Below are positions 1 to 9,781 of a stretch of DNA of 49,824 bases, piece after piece. The notes under the pieces were generated by a model. It had not been told where the DNA came from. It did no database searches and was given only the letters and a program-made list of their open reading frames with translations. The stretch is from positions 1-49,824 of IMG/VR virus record IMGVR_UViG_3300037484_000772. One strand, given 5' to 3'. Position 1 is the first letter of the stretch. The number at the start of each line of letters is the position of its first letter. A program made the translations under genes and the position numbers. The DNA comes from a virus. Its lineage: Duplodnaviria > Caudoviricetes.

Positions 1-201
1 TGCCGTCCACTCGGACAGCAAGCAATTGATCAACGTGATATCGCCCGCCGCGAGTCCCGTAATGTCCTCACTGGCGGTTGCCGTCACGAGCACGGTGTCA
101 TAGACCGTGCCGCTGAATGGCGACGACAGCGCGATGGTCGGCGGTATATCGTCGCCGGGATCGAGGCCGGGAATCTTGAGAAACCAGTCGAGCATACTCA
201 T
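1..201 (-). CDS. Partial CDS running off the window edge; Ig-like domain virion/tail protein
   Basis: Not in the ORF track. ATG at 201, 3 nt after the upstream stop, translates MSMLDWFLKIPGLDPGDDIPPTIALSSPFSGTVYDTVLVTATASEDITGLAAGDITLIN..., which resembles bacterial Ig-like repeats (D-x-x-P-P-T...SE-x-I-T-G...DIT). Confidence 0.65.
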   Translation of the reverse strand, partial: MSMLDWFLKIPGLDPGDDIPPTIALSSPFSGTVYDTVLVTATASEDITGLAAGDITLINCLLSEWTA

Positions 202-204
202 CGT

Positions 205-792
205 CTACGTCGCCTTCGTCATCTGGACGTACCACCAGCTGGTCCCGTTACTACCAACCAGCCACATCGTGGTATCCGTCCCGCCGTCGTCCGCCTGGGC
301 CATAAACCCACTGCCTACCGTCGCGGGTGTGCCAAACGCGCTGTCGAGTTCCGCGTCGGTTGGCGGGTTGCTGACATCCGCCGTCGAGAGTTTGGTCCGC
401 ACGCCATTGGTGGCGTGGTTATGATCATCCGCCGCGAAGTCGCTGGCCTGTTGGCCGTCGAGCAGATCGGCGTCCAGGTTGTCCACCTTCGCGCTGCTGG
501 CGGCCACCGCGAACGGCGCGCCGGGATCGCGGTCAAACGTCCACAGCCCGGTCACCGTTTCCGCGTCGGCGACTTCGGCATACTGGGTATGATCATCGTC
601 CCCCAGGCCGCCCAGCGCGCCGTGATCCACCGTGCCGCTCACGAGTTTGGTTTCGTTCCCCCCGTCGTCTTTGTCGTACCACCCATCGGACTTGGGATAC
701 AGCCGCCGCCGATTGGCCGCCGGAGTCGCGGGCGCGCCGCCCAGTTCGGGCGCATCCAAACCAAAGTCAGGATCAATGATCAAGGCCACCAT
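205..792 (-). CDS. Tail fibre-associated/minor tail protein
   Basis: Position in the tail operon; DHGALGGLGDDDHTQY and NLDADLLDG segments typical of tail-fibre stems. Confidence 0.6.
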   Translation of the reverse strand: MVALIIDPDFGLDAPELGGAPATPAANRRRLYPKSDGWYDKDDGGNETKLVSGTVDHGALGGLGDDDHTQYAEVADAETVTGLWTFDRDPGAPFAVAASSAKVDNLDADLLDGQQASDFAADDHNHATNGVRTKLSTADVSNPPTDAELDSAFGTPATVGSGFMAQADDGGTDTTMWLVGSNGTSWWYVQMTKAT

Positions 793-2661
793 CTATAGAC
801 CTCCTAAAAAGATTGCCGTGCCTTCGATGCTCAAGGCCCCCTCGATGCCGATCCCGCTGCCCAGCGTGATCCAGGTCGCCTGGTAACCCGCCGGGAGCAG
901 CCAGTCGCCCACCGGATCGGGCATTAACGAAAACGCCCCGGCGACAGGCTTGTAGCTTCCGGCCTGGCCGACTTGCAACCGGTAGGTGTCTGTCTCGACA
1001 TAGGGCGCCCCCTGGGCGGGCGACGCGGGCAGGGCAGTGGACAATCCGGTGGGCAGCACGATATTACTGCCCGTCGCGCGGCCATACGCGGGGTCCTGGG
1101 GATCGTCGAAGGTGGCGCGGTAACGAAAAAAGTCGAAGGCGACCTGCGCGTCTTCTCCTAAATTCCGGTTGGAGAGGAAGATTCCGAACTTGGCTCCCGT
1201 CTCGAACAGTGCAACGGCTCCATTCCACCACAAAATGCCGTCCAGCGAAAAATCGACACGCCAGGCGTCGGCGGGACTCTTACGAATGCGGAGATACCAC
1301 TCATATCCATTTTGAGGTATTTCGCCGGGGTAGATCGGAACGCCATTCAGCGCCGTGTCGTAATCGCTCCACGTCCACGCCTGCACCAGGCGCACCATGT
1401 CTTCCCCGGTGTTCTTCCCGGTGTGGATTTCCGCTGTCAGCATGGGTCCCGATGTCAGTCCTGTTTCGCTCACCACCAGCCCGAAGCTCAACCGCGAGGC
1501 GTCAGGGGTCGTCCAGAGTGAGGTCGTGACCAGGCGGACCTTGACCACAACGCTAAACGTGGTGTCGGGAATATCGAGCCAGTATCCGGCGATGTTGTCC
1601 CCGGCCTGCTCAGTAGCCGTCAGGACAATCTCAGCCGTATCCTCTGCTGCGCTGACGGCATTGAGTGGGTCGAAGTGTGTCCACTGTGCATCAAGGCTGC
1701 TGTCGTCGAACTCGTCGTCAATAGCGCTCGGCGCATCGGGCGCGACGTCGGCGTCCCAGCCGCTCCCGGTCAGGTTGGTGGTTGATATGACCAGGTTATC
1801 CCCTGCCGATCGGGACAGCGTGACGCCTGTTCCGGCCAGCAGTTTAGCCGCCAGGCCGTCCAGCGTCGGATCGTCGTCGTCGAGACGCAGGTAGCCGTCA
1901 CGCCGCCCGGCCAGGTCGCGCAGGTCCATAAAGATGTCGGCCCAGCGGATGGCCGTCTGGCCGTAATACAAACGCACCGCAGCAGATCGGATGTGGTTGT
2001 GATCCACCACCAGTGCCGCCACGTCGCTGGCGGCGAAGGGCGGCGCGCCCGGATCAACCCCGTAATAGCCCGGCCCGCCCGCGGCGGGTGTACTGGCGGT
2101 GACGGCCAGTGCCCCGGTGATCGTATCGAGCGCCGCCACCACAAAGCGTTGATACGCCGGGCTGGGCAGGTAACTGCTCAGGTCCAGCGCCGTCGCCGCG
2201 AACGCCAGCGGGCCATAGGCTGTAACGGTGACGGATAGGCTGTTGGGATCAGTCGGGCGGGTCTGTAATCCCAGGAGCTGCTGCGGATTGACCCAGACCG
2301 GATCGAGGCCCACGGGACCGTGATGGGTCCAGCCGTGATTGGGGGTATTCAGCGCCGCGTGCGGATCGGGCAGCCCGGCGAAAAAGCCGTTGACGGTCAC
2401 GGGATCGGCGTCGAGCAGGTCGAGCACGCCGTCGTCCGGGCTGACCTTGGCCTTGTACAGCGCGCCGGGGAAGGGCTTGGTACGCCCGGCTCGCACGCGC
2501 GTAAGCGACTGTCCTTCGCGGAACTGGACCATGCCCCAGTACAGCCCATCGCCCGCGTCGATGCTGCCGTCCTGGGTCACGATCTGCACCATCACCCGGC
2601 TCTTGCGCTCGATGGCGCGTCCCAGGCGGTTAAAGATGTGGTTGATCCGGTGACTTTCCAT
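793..2661 (-). CDS. Minor tail/receptor-binding protein with a concanavalin-A-like (beta-xylosidase C-terminal-like) domain
   Basis: Start moved to MESHRINH (ATG 2661, 2 nt after the upstream stop); DDEFDDSSLDAQW motif followed by a beta-rich region. Confidence 0.6.
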   Translation of the reverse strand: MESHRINHIFNRLGRAIERKSRVMVQIVTQDGSIDAGDGLYWGMVQFREGQSLTRVRAGRTKPFPGALYKAKVSPDDGVLDLLDADPVTVNGFFAGLPDPHAALNTPNHGWTHHGPVGLDPVWVNPQQLLGLQTRPTDPNSLSVTVTAYGPLAFAATALDLSSYLPSPAYQRFVVAALDTITGALAVTASTPAAGGPGYYGVDPGAPPFAASDVAALVVDHNHIRSAAVRLYYGQTAIRWADIFMDLRDLAGRRDGYLRLDDDDPTLDGLAAKLLAGTGVTLSRSAGDNLVISTTNLTGSGWDADVAPDAPSAIDDEFDDSSLDAQWTHFDPLNAVSAAEDTAEIVLTATEQAGDNIAGYWLDIPDTTFSVVVKVRLVTTSLWTTPDASRLSFGLVVSETGLTSGPMLTAEIHTGKNTGEDMVRLVQAWTWSDYDTALNGVPIYPGEIPQNGYEWYLRIRKSPADAWRVDFSLDGILWWNGAVALFETGAKFGIFLSNRNLGEDAQVAFDFFRYRATFDDPQDPAYGRATGSNIVLPTGLSTALPASPAQGAPYVETDTYRLQVGQAGSYKPVAGAFSLMPDPVGDWLLPAGYQATWITLGSGIGIEGALSIEGTAIFLGGL

Positions 2662-2663
2662 GA

Positions 2664-5660
2664 TTACTCCGCCAACCAGATGGGCACACACCACACACCT
2701 TCGCTGTACCCGGACCACTGCTTTTCGGCAAATGCCAAGCCGCCGTCCGTCGAGTACCACAGCTTGGTTTCCCCGGACACAAAATAAATGTCTTCGTCAA
2801 ACGGCCATCCGCCGATGTTGTAAGCTCTCTCGCTGAAGGTATAGCGGTATTCCCAATCGGCCCCGGCGGTGGGAAAAACCGCGCTGACAAAAAGACGGTA
2901 CGGGACCCCGTCGCCGCTGGCGAGCATGGCGACCGGCAGGGAAGTCGCATTGGTGAAGATATGAAGCGGACGTATGATGCGAGACCAGCGGGCACCGAGG
3001 CCCTGGGAATAACCACCATACACGGGTGACACATCGGTGAGCGCCACGCCCTTGTTGGACGAGACGTAGATGCGCCCATTCCCTGTCCCGGCGACCGCTC
3101 GCCCGATATACATTTTGCTTTCGTCGGCGTTATCCAGCCAGGGCATCCAGGCCCCGGTGGGCTGATAGGACCCACTGGGAAAATCGTAATGAAATGGAAA
3201 CGAACCGCCCAAATCGTCCGAGCGCTCGAAAGCGGCGTTGCCCCCCGAATCCGCATAACCGACATAAACCACCCCGTCGGTCAGGCTGCTGGCCTGGCCG
3301 GAAACGGCAAACGCGCACACCGCGTCACTGCTGCTGCTCCCGCGCCACGTGGTGGGGATGACGGTGGTCAGGCTGGCCCAATCGTCATGCGTATGATGGA
3401 CCTCGACGGCCCGATCACTCCGGCACAGTTGTAAAAACCACGTGCCGTCAAACTGCGCGCAGCAGATCAGGTGGGCATGGTAGTAGATATTGGCAAACGT
3501 GCGCAGCAGCGTCCAGGTCGGCGTGGTACTGTCGAGGTCGGCGGTGCCATAAATCCGCGCCTCGGTACTGTAATCGCTGACCACCACCTGCGCGGCGTTG
3601 CGGGGATTAAGATAATCAATCTCCCACATCAAGATGCTGAAGCCGGACGGCGGCGTGAACACCGTTTCCCAGGTGGGCGGCGTGCTGGTGAAATTGCGCG
3701 TGCGCCTCAGCAGGAGGTCGTCCGCCGCGTAAACCAGATCGGGCGTGCTGGCCGCGTTGGACGGCGGCGTGGGCGGCTCATACGTGTCGAGCGGTATATC
3801 CGGCGGTATCCAGGTCTGGTCTTCCCAATCGCCGTCCGGCACGGGCTGCGTGGTGGCCGGGACGCCCGCCGTCAGCGCCTCCAGCGTCAGGACCTCGTTG
3901 GTCACGCCGCGTTCGGGATCGTGTGAAAAATCGTAGGAAACGATCACCAGGGGCGTTTGAGCAAAACTGATCTCACGTCGGTTGCTGGCCGCGTCAAGCG
4001 TAAACTCAACCGCCTCCTGCCAGGCGGGATCAAAGGGGAGGCCCTGGTGATTCAGAATGATCTGGACATACGGCGTAGCGTTGTTCTGATAGGCGTAAGC
4101 GTGCCCCAGGCGCAGGTTGAGATCGGCCTGGTTCATAATCCAGTTTCCGTTGATCTCCCCGCCCTGGTCCGCGCCCTGGCCGGGGCTGTCCCCCGGAGCA
4201 AGCGCCAGCCGCAGCGCCGCCGTGCCGTCCTCGAAGCCGCCCCCGCGCAGCCAGCCCGCGCGTGGTCCCGCCGGACGCTGCACCCGCACGCCGTCGCGCC
4301 AATCGGTGGCTTGCAGATGCGTCGTGACGGCCAGCGCCGCCCGCTCGCTGCTATCCATCAGGTGCGGGTTGCGCCGGGTATACAGGCGACCATTCCGGTC
4401 CTCGGTTAGTCGACACCAGGCGCGCCCCACCTCGGTTTTAAGCTGATCGTACAGCGTGCCCGCCGTAAAGTCAGCGGCGGGAAAATTGTAATCCCCCCAA
4501 AAGGATGGACGCTCGATGTCGCACAGCAGCGTCAATGTGCTGTGCCACATCATCAAGTAAACCACCGAACGGAACCAGTTCGGCCAGAGCATGTGATGCC
4601 ACTGGGTCGGCGTCAGGTTGCGCTCAATCGACGCGGTGTAGGCGGGCAGCGTTTGCAGCACGCCCAGGGCCGTCCGCGCCGTGAGGATTAATTCGTCCTG
4701 GAACGGCTCAATACCCGCTTCCTCGTCCACAACCCACCCGGTGAACAAAATGTGCTCGCGGTCCGGGTAGCCGTTGACGACGCCTGACACGCTGTTATAG
4801 AACTGCTCGGAGTAAATAATCATCAACGTACCGGGCAGCAGGTCGCTCACGTCGTCGGCCAGCACACGCACGCGGCACTCCCACCCGTTCTCCACCGAGC
4901 CATTCAGACTTTCCAGTTGGACGGGCGCATACGGCCAGTCGTCTTCGTCGTTGGTGATCACGGGCGTGACGGCGCGGTGCGTCGAACCGTAGCCGTCGGT
5001 GACGGTCAGGTCGACCCAGCGCTGCCCGGCGGGGAAGCGCACAGTGGCCGTCGCGGAAGAGGACGATCCGGTGATGATCGCGCCGTCTTTGAAGTTCGCT
5101 GCGTAGGTCAGTGTGTCGCCAATGCCCACCGCGAGCCGGAAGCTGTTCGCCCAGTTAAAGTCCACGTCCACCGTGCCCGTGACGGCATCCACGTCGTTGG
5201 CGTAGGCCGGACCTGTGTTGGCGACCGGGCGCACGTGGTCGCCCTGGTTGGAATAGGCCAGGTCGTAATCTTTATAAAAGACCTGGCTGGCCGTCATGCG
5301 CGGCACTTTGCTCCACAGGCGGTAATCGTCGTAGACGATCAGCTTGTCATCCTCGGCGAAAGTAATGTCGCCCGGCGACGTTTCGTTGATGTACAGCACC
5401 GTCGCGGTGGCGGCCTTCCGCGCCCGGCAGAAGCCCTTGAACACGCTGGCGGAGGAGTACACGCCGATGGTCATGTCCGGCAGGACGTCGGTGTACACGC
5501 CAGGCTTGCCGTCCGGGTTGTCGTAGGTCACCTGAGCCAGCGGGTACGTGAAGCTGGCCTGGTTGACTCGACGCTCGAAGATGACAACGGGCTTAATAAA
5601 CGCCGCCTTGATCAGCAGCGCTTGAGGATGCGCCAACCAAATAGTCCTGTTGATCGTCAT
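2664..5660 (-). CDS. Large tail tip/baseplate hub protein with C-terminal Asp-box (BNR) beta-propeller
   Basis: Start moved to MTINRT (ATGA overlap at 5657-5660). Second gene after the tape measure. Asp-box-like SDDLGGSF, SSNKGVAL, STDGGLAF. Confidence 0.7.
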   Translation of the reverse strand: MTINRTIWLAHPQALLIKAAFIKPVVIFERRVNQASFTYPLAQVTYDNPDGKPGVYTDVLPDMTIGVYSSASVFKGFCRARKAATATVLYINETSPGDITFAEDDKLIVYDDYRLWSKVPRMTASQVFYKDYDLAYSNQGDHVRPVANTGPAYANDVDAVTGTVDVDFNWANSFRLAVGIGDTLTYAANFKDGAIITGSSSSATATVRFPAGQRWVDLTVTDGYGSTHRAVTPVITNDEDDWPYAPVQLESLNGSVENGWECRVRVLADDVSDLLPGTLMIIYSEQFYNSVSGVVNGYPDREHILFTGWVVDEEAGIEPFQDELILTARTALGVLQTLPAYTASIERNLTPTQWHHMLWPNWFRSVVYLMMWHSTLTLLCDIERPSFWGDYNFPAADFTAGTLYDQLKTEVGRAWCRLTEDRNGRLYTRRNPHLMDSSERAALAVTTHLQATDWRDGVRVQRPAGPRAGWLRGGGFEDGTAALRLALAPGDSPGQGADQGGEINGNWIMNQADLNLRLGHAYAYQNNATPYVQIILNHQGLPFDPAWQEAVEFTLDAASNRREISFAQTPLVIVSYDFSHDPERGVTNEVLTLEALTAGVPATTQPVPDGDWEDQTWIPPDIPLDTYEPPTPPSNAASTPDLVYAADDLLLRRTRNFTSTPPTWETVFTPPSGFSILMWEIDYLNPRNAAQVVVSDYSTEARIYGTADLDSTTPTWTLLRTFANIYYHAHLICCAQFDGTWFLQLCRSDRAVEVHHTHDDWASLTTVIPTTWRGSSSSDAVCAFAVSGQASSLTDGVVYVGYADSGGNAAFERSDDLGGSFPFHYDFPSGSYQPTGAWMPWLDNADESKMYIGRAVAGTGNGRIYVSSNKGVALTDVSPVYGGYSQGLGARWSRIIRPLHIFTNATSLPVAMLASGDGVPYRLFVSAVFPTAGADWEYRYTFSERAYNIGGWPFDEDIYFVSGETKLWYSTDGGLAFAEKQWSGYSEGVWCVPIWLAE

Positions 5661-6046
5661 GACGGTGTGTAGCTGACCTCCTGCACCAGCTTGAGCGGGA
5701 AGACGGCGGGTTCCCAGCGCTCCGGCGAGTGGTCGCCGTCGGGATAACTGATAATGGCATTCCAGGCGTGCCAGGCCTGGTTGCGGTGCGGCAGGTAGAT
5801 CGTGATTTTGGCGCTCTGGACCAGGTACGTCAGGCCTGCCGCCGCCAGGAAGGTCGTAAACTCGCTGTCGGGCAGCGCGTCGAAGATCAGGGACGAATCC
5901 CACGCGCCGTCGGCACGCGCCAGTTGATCACCGCCCCACTGTATGCGCCCCGGCGTGGTGTTCGGCGTGCGTGGATCATACGTGGTGGTCAGCGCAGCAA
6001 ACCCCGCCGTGTTATTCCAGCCCTGAGCCATCAGGTAATCGGTCAC
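5657..6046 (-). CDS. Distal tail (Dit-like) protein
   Basis: 129 aa, directly after the tape measure with a GTGA overlap; assigned by synteny and size. Confidence 0.55.
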   Translation of the reverse strand: MTDYLMAQGWNNTAGFAALTTTYDPRTPNTTPGRIQWGGDQLARADGAWDSSLIFDALPDSEFTTFLAAAGLTYLVQSAKITIYLPHRNQAWHAWNAIISYPDGDHSPERWEPAVFPLKLVQEVSYTPS

Positions 6047-9036
6047 GCGGCCACCTCCGGGTCATATTGAGCTACGAGGTCTTCGAGCGCGTCCACGACC
6101 AGCGCGGTAATTTGCGGGCCGATCTGGTCCGCCAGCGACCGCCCGGAGGCGGCCTGAATCTGCACGCCGCCCAGTCCGCCCAGACTGACGTTGATGGTCG
6201 TGCCCGCGCGCTGCGCCTGCTCACGGGTGTATATCCGCACCGGGTCCATAAACATCCCGGTCTCCGGGCCGCGCCGCGCCACCTTGACCCGGTAGCCGTT
6301 GGCAAACTCGGCGATCTCCGGCTGGCCCCGCTCGCCCAGCCTGACCGGGGTATGCAGCGGGGGTACGCCGCCGCCTGCGAAGCCGGGCCGCGCACCGCCG
6401 CCGCCGTAAATGTCATCGGTATAAATGGGCGATCCTACAGCGGGCGGATCGGGGATCGCCGCCGCGAGGCCCGCTAGAAACATACTCCAGCCGCTCTGGA
6501 TGACGGCATAGCCACCCTGGGCGATGTTTTGCATCGTCGTGTTATGGTTGGCCGCGCGGGTTTCAATCACCCCATAATGCGCCTGGCGCGCCTGGTCTTC
6601 GCGCTGCCAATCCTGCGCCTGGCGCGTCGCGGCAATGCGGCGCTGCTCGTCCTCGCGGCGGATCTGCTCCCAAAACGCGCGTTCTTTGGCGGATCGCTCG
6701 CGGGCGTGTTTTTGTTCCAGGTCGCGCAGCTCCTTTTGCGCCGCGACGATCTTGACCTGCCGTTCGGCTTTCAGGTCGGCGAGGAGATCGCGCTGGTCCT
6801 CGTCGCGCCGCTTCTGCTCTTTTTTATAGGTCGCCTGCTCATCGTCGAGCTTCTGCTCGCCCGCCCGCAGCGCGGCCAGCGCCCCGGACGTGTCGCGCGC
6901 GCGCGCTGCCTCGTTATAATCCCGGTTGGTGTCGCGCTGAATCTGGAGAATGGCGTCCTGGTGATCTTCGGCCAGCCGCCGCGACTCCTGGTTGTACTCT
7001 TTGATCTGGTCGAGCCGCTCCTGCTGATTCTCGTCCAGGTCCTCGCCCAGGCTTTCGAGCACGTCCTGGCGCTCGCCGTAATAGTCGGCGTCCAGGTCGG
7101 CCATGTCGACGTAGTGATCGGCCAGGTCCTGCACGCGCTTGCGCAGGGCGTCTTCCTGGTCGCGCTGGACCTCGATTTCGCGCTTGGCGTCCACCTCAGC
7201 CTGTTCGTCGGTGAACTCCTTCAGGCGCTCGGCACTGTCGTCGAGGCCCGTCGCCAGGTCATCCACGCCGCCTGTCAGAACCTTCACGCCGTCGGTGGCC
7301 GCGCCGGCTATCTTTTCGAGAAGTTTCAGCGCGGCAGCTTCATCCTTGCGCTTCTGGGCGGCGGGCAGGATCATTTCAACCAGTTCGCCTTCGCGCTGGC
7401 CTAGATTGTCTAACTCGTCATTGAGGACGTCCAACTGACTCTTGGCGTAGTCGGACGCCTGCGCCTGATCCTCAAGGGCGGGTTTGATAGCTTCAAGTTC
7501 CGCCTTGCGGATAGCGATCTGGCGAAGCTCCTCCTCTGCCGCCGATACGGATGTTTTTTCAGCTTCCATCAGCACGCGCGCACGATCTTCTCCCCGCGCG
7601 ATGAGGTTATCCGTCCGCTGGCGCTCGGCGGCATCCAGCGCTTCGATACCCTGGCGATCAGCATCGTGGGCCTGCACCAGGTCGCGGCTTCTTTCCAGTA
7701 AATACCGGGTTGCATCGGCCTCCGCGCCCCGTTGAACAACGAGATCGCGGGCCGCTTGATTGGCGTCCAAATCGGCCTGCGACGCCCCGCCGTAGCGCAA
7801 ATCTTCGCGCTCGGCGGTTAATTGGGCGAGTCGCTCATCGGCGATCCGGCGCAGATCGCGCTGCTCCTGAATACGCTTATCCAGGTCAGCTTCGGTCATC
7901 TGGTTAATCAGAACAGCCCAATCAAAGTCTTTTTGAGCTTGCTGCTGTCGCGCGTCGGCAAGTTGCTGTTCGGCAGCCAATGCATCCGCTGCTGCCGTCG
8001 CGCCGTTGGCGAGGGCCTGGCTTAACTGCTGATTCACATCAACGTTGTTGTTAAACTCCTGGTTGAGTTCACCCAGGCGGTTTTTAACGTCCTCAATACC
8101 GCCCAGGTTAACCCCCAGCGCATCGTTGAGATCGAGCAGCGCGCCCGAAAATCCGTCCACGTCCTCAGCCCCGTCCACCAGGGCTTGCAGCTTCTCGCGC
8201 TCAATCTCCAGCGCCCGGTTACGCTTCTCATTGGCCTGGATCGCCTCCTCGACCTCCTGGGTAGTCCCGTTGGCAATCACCTCTGCGTAGCGTTGGTTCA
8301 CGTCGAGAAGGCTCTCGGTGGCCGCCTTGCTGTCGTCAATGATGTTCTTGGCGATGTTGGTCGCTACTGCTATCGCCGCCATTGCCCCGGCCATCGCCGC
8401 CAGACTTCCGACGGCGACGGTGGTCTGCGCGGCGGCCTGCGACATGGCGGGGTTATATTTCATCAGGGCCGAGACAGCGCGGGTGGTAATGGGACCTGAC
8501 TGTGTGAGCTGGTCGAGCAGTGCGGGTAGTTCGGCTTTGATACGTCCGAAGCCCTCTGCCGCATTGAGCAGATCGCTGCCGACGCCGAACGCCTGCTGCG
8601 CCCCTGCGCCGCCGACCATGCTCACCGCCCCGCCGATGTCGCGCACGCGGCTGCCCACGTCGCCGTACAGCCGCGATTCATCCGCCGCCTGCTTGATGCT
8701 CTCCGCGTAGCTCGCCGGGGCATTCGCGGCCTCGTCGAACGCCTGCTTGTTCTCCTCCAGTTTTTTCTTAACCCCGTCGAGCTGCTTTTTCAGGTCTTCG
8801 GCGCGCTCCCGCAGGTGTTCATACGCCGCCGCCATCGCGTCCACCGATTTTTCGCCGCGCCGGAGATCGTCGGCTGATTTACCCACGTCGCGGATCGGGC
8901 GCGCGGTATCGGCGATCACTTTGCTGGCATCCGCGAAGGTGTCTTTGATGTTCTCCACCGCCTGGATCGACCGGGCGACACTCGCCTCGTCGGTGCGGTA
9001 TTTTAGGACGTGCTCGCTAACGGCCTCGTTGGGCAT
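6043..9036 (-). CDS. Tape measure protein
   Basis: 997 aa, Ala/Gln/Glu-rich coiled coil with a hydrophobic segment; C-terminal FAGGG...LGERGQPE motif; follows the tail chaperones. Confidence 0.9.
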   Translation of the reverse strand: MPNEAVSEHVLKYRTDEASVARSIQAVENIKDTFADASKVIADTARPIRDVGKSADDLRRGEKSVDAMAAAYEHLRERAEDLKKQLDGVKKKLEENKQAFDEAANAPASYAESIKQAADESRLYGDVGSRVRDIGGAVSMVGGAGAQQAFGVGSDLLNAAEGFGRIKAELPALLDQLTQSGPITTRAVSALMKYNPAMSQAAAQTTVAVGSLAAMAGAMAAIAVATNIAKNIIDDSKAATESLLDVNQRYAEVIANGTTQEVEEAIQANEKRNRALEIEREKLQALVDGAEDVDGFSGALLDLNDALGVNLGGIEDVKNRLGELNQEFNNNVDVNQQLSQALANGATAAADALAAEQQLADARQQQAQKDFDWAVLINQMTEADLDKRIQEQRDLRRIADERLAQLTAEREDLRYGGASQADLDANQAARDLVVQRGAEADATRYLLERSRDLVQAHDADRQGIEALDAAERQRTDNLIARGEDRARVLMEAEKTSVSAAEEELRQIAIRKAELEAIKPALEDQAQASDYAKSQLDVLNDELDNLGQREGELVEMILPAAQKRKDEAAALKLLEKIAGAATDGVKVLTGGVDDLATGLDDSAERLKEFTDEQAEVDAKREIEVQRDQEDALRKRVQDLADHYVDMADLDADYYGERQDVLESLGEDLDENQQERLDQIKEYNQESRRLAEDHQDAILQIQRDTNRDYNEAARARDTSGALAALRAGEQKLDDEQATYKKEQKRRDEDQRDLLADLKAERQVKIVAAQKELRDLEQKHARERSAKERAFWEQIRREDEQRRIAATRQAQDWQREDQARQAHYGVIETRAANHNTTMQNIAQGGYAVIQSGWSMFLAGLAAAIPDPPAVGSPIYTDDIYGGGGARPGFAGGGVPPLHTPVRLGERGQPEIAEFANGYRVKVARRGPETGMFMDPVRIYTREQAQRAGTTINVSLGGLGGVQIQAASGRSLADQIGPQITALVVDALEDLVAQYDPEVAA

Positions 9037-9720
9037 TCAGCGCACCCTTTAACTGTTCGTCGTATTCCTGCTCCTGGAAAGCGAGCAGCTTCAGGCACAG
9101 CGACATATCCGCGATCCACAACGGGTCCTGATCATCCAACCCGCCGGGCTGCGGCATGACGTGGTAATCGGTCAGCTGCCAGATCGTAAACGTTTGTTCG
9201 ACGTACCAGGCCGGGTAGTGATAGCCCCAGTCTTTCGGTTCTTTTTTTAGTCCTGGCTCGTCGCCGTCACCGTTGGCAAGGCGTCGGAAGAAGGCGCGGC
9301 GTTCGGTGCGCCAGTCCTTCCGGCGCGGCGCAAGTTTTTTCGTTCGGCTTCGTCCAGTTCATCCGGCGGCAGGGTCTCGCGCGGGCCGGGCGGCGCGTTG
9401 ACGGCTTTCAGCGCCGCATAAAAGGCGTCGCCCAGGGCGCGATCCGCGTCCAGAAAACGCTGGTAAGCGGCCTGGATTTCCTCCGCCGGGGCCGCCGGGG
9501 AGACCAGCTCCAAACCGAGATCGCCCACCATCGCCTGGGTCTGTACTAACGTCTCCGCGAACAGCCGGCGATAGGCCGCGTCGGTCAGCCCTTCAGGAGT
9601 CTCGTTGCCCGCTTCACGCAGGACGATCGACACCCGGTCAATCAGCAGCGCATGGCGGTTGGTCTGGCGCGCCAGGGTGATCTGCGCCCCGTTGTGGGTA
9701 AACGTGTAGCTCGTGTCCAT
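9017..9720 (-). CDS. Tail assembly chaperone -1 frameshift product (gpGT-like)
   Basis: In-frame A_AAA_AAC at 9340-9334. The -1 frame stays open to TAG at 9019-9017 and encodes ...WGYHYPAWYVEQTFTIWQLTDYHVMPQPGGLDDQDPLWIADM... Confidence 0.8.
9247..9720 (-). CDS. Tail assembly chaperone (lambda gpG-like)
   Basis: Between tail tube and tape measure; ATG 9720 with AAAGGTG RBS; contains the slippery heptamer A AAA AAC. Confidence 0.8.
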   Translation of the reverse strand: MDTSYTFTHNGAQITLARQTNRHALLIDRVSIVLREAGNETPEGLTDAAYRRLFAETLVQTQAMVGDLGLELVSPAAPAEEIQAAYQRFLDADRALGDAFYAALKAVNAPPGPRETLPPDELDEAERKNLRRAGRTGAPNAAPSSDALPTVTATSQD

Positions 9721-9744
9721 ATTCACCTTTCTCAAGCGCCGCCG

Positions 9745-9767
9745 AAATACGACACGCTGTCGTATTT
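9745..9767. repeat. Dispersed palindrome copy 1 (AAATACGACA-CGC-TGTCGTATTT; arms extend to 14 bp, 9741-9771)
   Basis: Read directly; intergenic between tail tube and chaperone. Confidence 0.9.
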
Positions 9768-9781
9768 CGGCTAACCGCTGC

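Noticed and set aside
1-5660. Diversity-generating retroelement or invertible tail-fibre cassette
   Set aside because: No reverse transcriptase, no TR/VR pair and no invertase with flanking inverted repeats were seen.
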